Below are positions 60,544-64,000 of a stretch of DNA of 64,000 bases, piece after piece. Below the pieces are notes generated by a model, which ran no database searches, was not told the origin of the DNA, and saw nothing but the letters and a program-made list of their open reading frames with translations. The stretch is from Flectonema sp. DT1601 (Eukaryota). The stretch's first letter is position 1, and each line of letters begins with the position of its first letter. The position numbers were made by a program, and so were the translations under genes. The stretch covers positions 992,001 through 1,056,000 of the forward strand of contig OZ025789.1 of NCBI GenBank assembly GCA_964019425.1, in the 5' to 3' direction.

Positions 60544-61528
60544 TGCATTGGGCACAGGCTGGGCTGCAGTTAAGATGTCTTAGGTGTTAATAGGGGGTTC
60601 CTCTTAGCATTTTTCTTTGTTCCCACCTTATGATTTTCTTGAAGAAAAAAAAAATAGAAGTCATAATGGTGCTTCCCTCTGGAAGGGTTGTAAGCCATGG
60701 TGTCCAACTAAATTAAAGGACAAGTCTGGGATAATCCCTGCCAGAGGGGCGAGTATTCTACCATGGTTGAAATACTCTGGCAACTGATCTTCAATTTTAT
60801 GTTGTTTGTTAGCTGCTGGTGTATCTTGATTATGTGTTGATACTTGCATTTTTTTTATTTGTAATCTTCTATTACAATCCTCTTTCTGTTCTGGTCTGTT
60901 ACTTCATTTGTCTTGTTTAACTTCAGTTATATCCATTTTACTTTTTATTGTTTCCCATCTACTTTTTATTTTCTATTAGTTCTGGTCAGAAACTCCTGGG
61001 CAGCAAGAAGGAAAGCAGTTTAGTACTTCTGGGTGTTTGGCATCACCCCCCATAGTGAGCAAGTACAACAGGTAGCATTGGTAGTCTGTTGATCCTGAGT
61101 GATCCCAGCTACAGTTTTGTTTTTCTTTCTTTTTTTTTAGAAGAAGATCAGGACATCCTAGCACTGCTGGATAGTTGCTGAATGCAGGGCCTGCCTGTGG
61201 CATTATAATAACAGGCTAAGTCATTTGTAGTTCATAGTTTACCTTTGATTTTATAACTTCACACAGGGTACTATGAACGATGAGAGATCCAGTGGGATCA
61301 CTCAGGGTCTAGTAGAGACCACCAATGTTGTGCGTTGATAGGCAAGGTGACCAACCTTGACATTCTTTCTTTTCTCTCCTGTTGTGACAAACACAAAATA
61401 CACACACAGCTTACAGTGTGTTCTTTGTGTATGTTTTCTTCAGGTGTGAGTAGTTTTTTTGTTCTTGCTCTTCAGGGAGGGCCTTAGCCAAAAGCTAACA
61501 GTCCAAATCTCACCTGGAAATTCAACTC

Positions 61529-64000
61529 TTAAGACATGCCTGAGGGTAGGATTCACTTTGCCACACAAAACACAATTTTGGTCCACATTGGTGATGTTCC
61601 ACCTCTTTAAATTATCTTGTGAGGGGAGGGTGTTTGTAACCGCTTTCAGTTGAAATGAGATATAGGCAGGATTTCCCTCCCTAAGTACCTTATTCCAGGT
61701 GAAGTCGTTTATCATACATTTAGACCACTCCTTCCACTGACCTTGGACTTGTAATTTATTCAAAGAGTTCAGTAGTTCATCTGTGGCTTCCACTTCAAAA
61801 CGCTTAAGGAGATCGGGGCGAGTAGTACGTAGATCGCGCAATCGGTGACCAAGACCAGCTGATTGCTTCGCAAGAGAACGGTAAGAAAAAAACTTAATAA
61901 GGCGCTCCCACTCAGCAGAAGCTGAAAACTTTTTCGACCAATTGGACGATTTCTCCATAATAACATTGTAGACACCGTGCATGTCAGAGTCCTGTGAGGA
62001 TCTGAGGATGTCTAGTTTAATTGATTGCGCTTGTTTATATAGCGTCTCAACTCTTTTGTGTCTGAGACCAACAGTGTTCTTTGAACCGGTAAAAAGGATG
62101 ACTGTGTTCGCAGAGCGGACAAATCCCCACCATTTCTTCAAAAAAGGTTTAATAATTTTGTCCATTTTTTTGGCAAAAGGGAGAGATAAGTCATGGATCA
62201 TTAAACTCCATGTTAACCTTGACAATAACAAGTGTTGGACAGACCAAGCCTTCTGAGACCCATATAGTGGCATGGCGTCGACTTTTTTTAAAAAATTCCT
62301 GGTAAAAGTGGTCAGGCGCTCTCGCAATTTCTGTTCTTTGGCGTTCGGCTCAAACCAACGCCCGAGGTATTTGAACTCTCCAGCTTCCTGGAGATTCGTA
62401 ATCGGAACATTGTTAATCTTCAGGTCCGGGTTAGCTGGTTTCCCTTGTACAAAGCTGTGGGCAATGCATTTCTGGGGTTTCGCTTTCATACCACGAGACC
62501 AGGAAAGAAACTGTTCGAGCGACTTGATTAGCAATTTTGCCCCCGCCTTTGATGACGTGGTAAGTTGTAAATCATCAGCAAAAGCTGCAACTAATAGTTG
62601 GAGGGATTTATTGTTAAACTCGTAGGCTTCCTGTTGATGAACTGCTAAGGAAAAGAGCAGTAGTTGGAATACCAAATTAAAAAGGGTTGGGGAGGAAACG
62701 CAGCCTTGAAAGACACCAACTTCAAAAGGGATAGTGGGCGTCAGGCCTTCTCCAACTCTGATTTGGACGCGCATGGAGGAATAATACCTTTTATAGAAAC
62801 CGATTATTCTTTCGTGAATTCCGAAATATTTTAAAGCAAAGAAAATTAATTGATGTTTGACTGAGCCGAAAGCATCTGCCAAATCCACCCAGACAATTGT
62901 TAGGTTTTTCCGGAGAGCTTTCACTTCTTTAAAAATCTCTGAGGTGATCGTGGCATGTTCGATACACCCAGAGACACCTTTCCTAAAGCCTTTTTGAAAA
63001 TTAAATTTAGAAAGAGTGTGGTTTGCGACGGCTTCCTGAATAACCGCAATAATATTATACCTTTTCATTTTCTCTTTCCTTTTCTGGTCTTTTTTTTTCT
63101 TTTTTTCCTTTTTCATACAACGTTTTTTATTTATATTTTTTTTTTTTTTTTTTTCATGTTTGATTATTTCCTCTTCATATTTTTCTTTTTCTATTCTTTC
63201 TTTTTTTTTTTTTTTTTTTTCTCTGCCTCTCTCTCAATTCTGTTCGTTTCTTTGAAACGAAAATTCATTTGAATATTATTCCTTGGTCAGCAACCATCAT
63301 TGTCGCCCTTTGGGCCTGTTAAAAAAAAAAATAAAAATAAAAAGAAAGTTTACATCGGGAATAGGGCAGGAGCCAAAAGCTCCCAGTCCGTTACTTCCCA
63401 CTTATCGAAATTCTTTAAAAATTTTCCCGTCGCAGTTGCCCACAGCTATCGGTCTCGTTTTCGAGATGTCTTTCCCATCGGAGTTGGGCTTTGGGAGCAT
63501 TGTTACAAATGCTAAGCCCCAACTATCCGGGTAGGCCTTGAGTTCGAAAATTCTCTTTAATACCTTGTAAAGTGCTTCCATAAAAGTTGGGACCTTTTTC
63601 CATACAACATAAGGTATGCAATTGGGACCAGGGGCACATTTGTTTTTTTTCTTTGATAAGAGAATACCAAACTGTTCGAAGCTCGGGAACTGGATATCAT
63701 CCATTGTCTTGTAGTCAGACTTAGGTAAAAAAGAGGGATGGGTGAAATCAGTTTTTTTTTTTTCATTGTCACAATAATTGTTTTTAAAATGTTCAATTAT
63801 TTTTTCCTCTGGAATATCAAGGGAGGGGGGTTGAGGATCTTCTTTTTGGAGTTCTTCTTTTATGGCAGTAAACGGATTTTGACGAAATTTATCTTGTAAT
63901 TTTTTGAATAAATTTTTCTTTTCTAAATTCCGATACATTCGGAAAATCCTTTTCATTCTCGTTCTTGCCTCTTTCCATTTGACAGCGTTCTCTATAGAAG
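61529..64000 (-). mobile_element. Non-LTR retrotransposon, R2 group (HERO-like), interrupted and 3'-truncated
   Basis: APGPNCIPY..RPIAVGNCDGKIF / QKGFRKGVSGCIEH..WVDLADAFGSV..GVFQGCVSSPTLF..AFADDL..FKYLG, then ISFQLKAVTNTLPS..NLKRW..CVLCG..TLRHVL (start of a CCHC knuckle). The frame is open to the window edge. Confidence 0.9.
63044..63418. mobile_element. ~370-bp AT-rich insertion splitting the RT gene
   Basis: Separates GKIF from ..QKGF and contains an in-frame stop. One end matches 58197-58372 (inverted) and the other matches 56657-56693 (direct). Confidence 0.75.

Noticed and set aside
60661..60849. Displaced restriction-like endonuclease domain (IIPDL)
   Set aside because: Only a PD dipeptide is present, with no RHD or downstream E/D-x-K motif recognisable.
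63044..63418. Spliceosomal intron in the RT gene
   Set aside because: There is no GT donor before the in-frame stop, and the segment matches dispersed repeats elsewhere in the window.

Overview
AT-rich eukaryotic nuclear DNA, most likely a euglenozoan of diplonemid type. This is inferred from three things: every protein gene over about 55 kb lies on the minus strand, CAG|G acceptors sit just upstream of start codons alongside short GT-AG cis-introns, and an LSU rRNA fragment carries a euglenozoan-like variant. Bases 1-55.4k are a unidirectional gene cluster: a PX-PH-AGC kinase, NBS1, MCM9, a CAX antiporter, a triple-domain pyrophosphatase, two paralogous secreted proteins, a DOMON-DOMON-cytochrome b561 protein, UTP11, a DCN1-like protein, a ~5635-aa DUF3638/DUF3645-type giant, a tandem-SpoVS protein with a mitochondrial-type presequence, a SET protein and several unknowns. 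A tRNA-Leu(CAA) on the plus strand and small TIR or fold-back elements are interspersed. Bases 55.4-64k are a mobile and repeat island: a decayed piggyBac transposase abutting an LSU rRNA fragment that begins next to the R2 target site, decamer repeats, a ~2.1-kb higher-order array of hairpin units with compensatory changes, and an interrupted R2-group (HERO-like) reverse transcriptase. All calls come from manual motif reading and translation; no searches were run.
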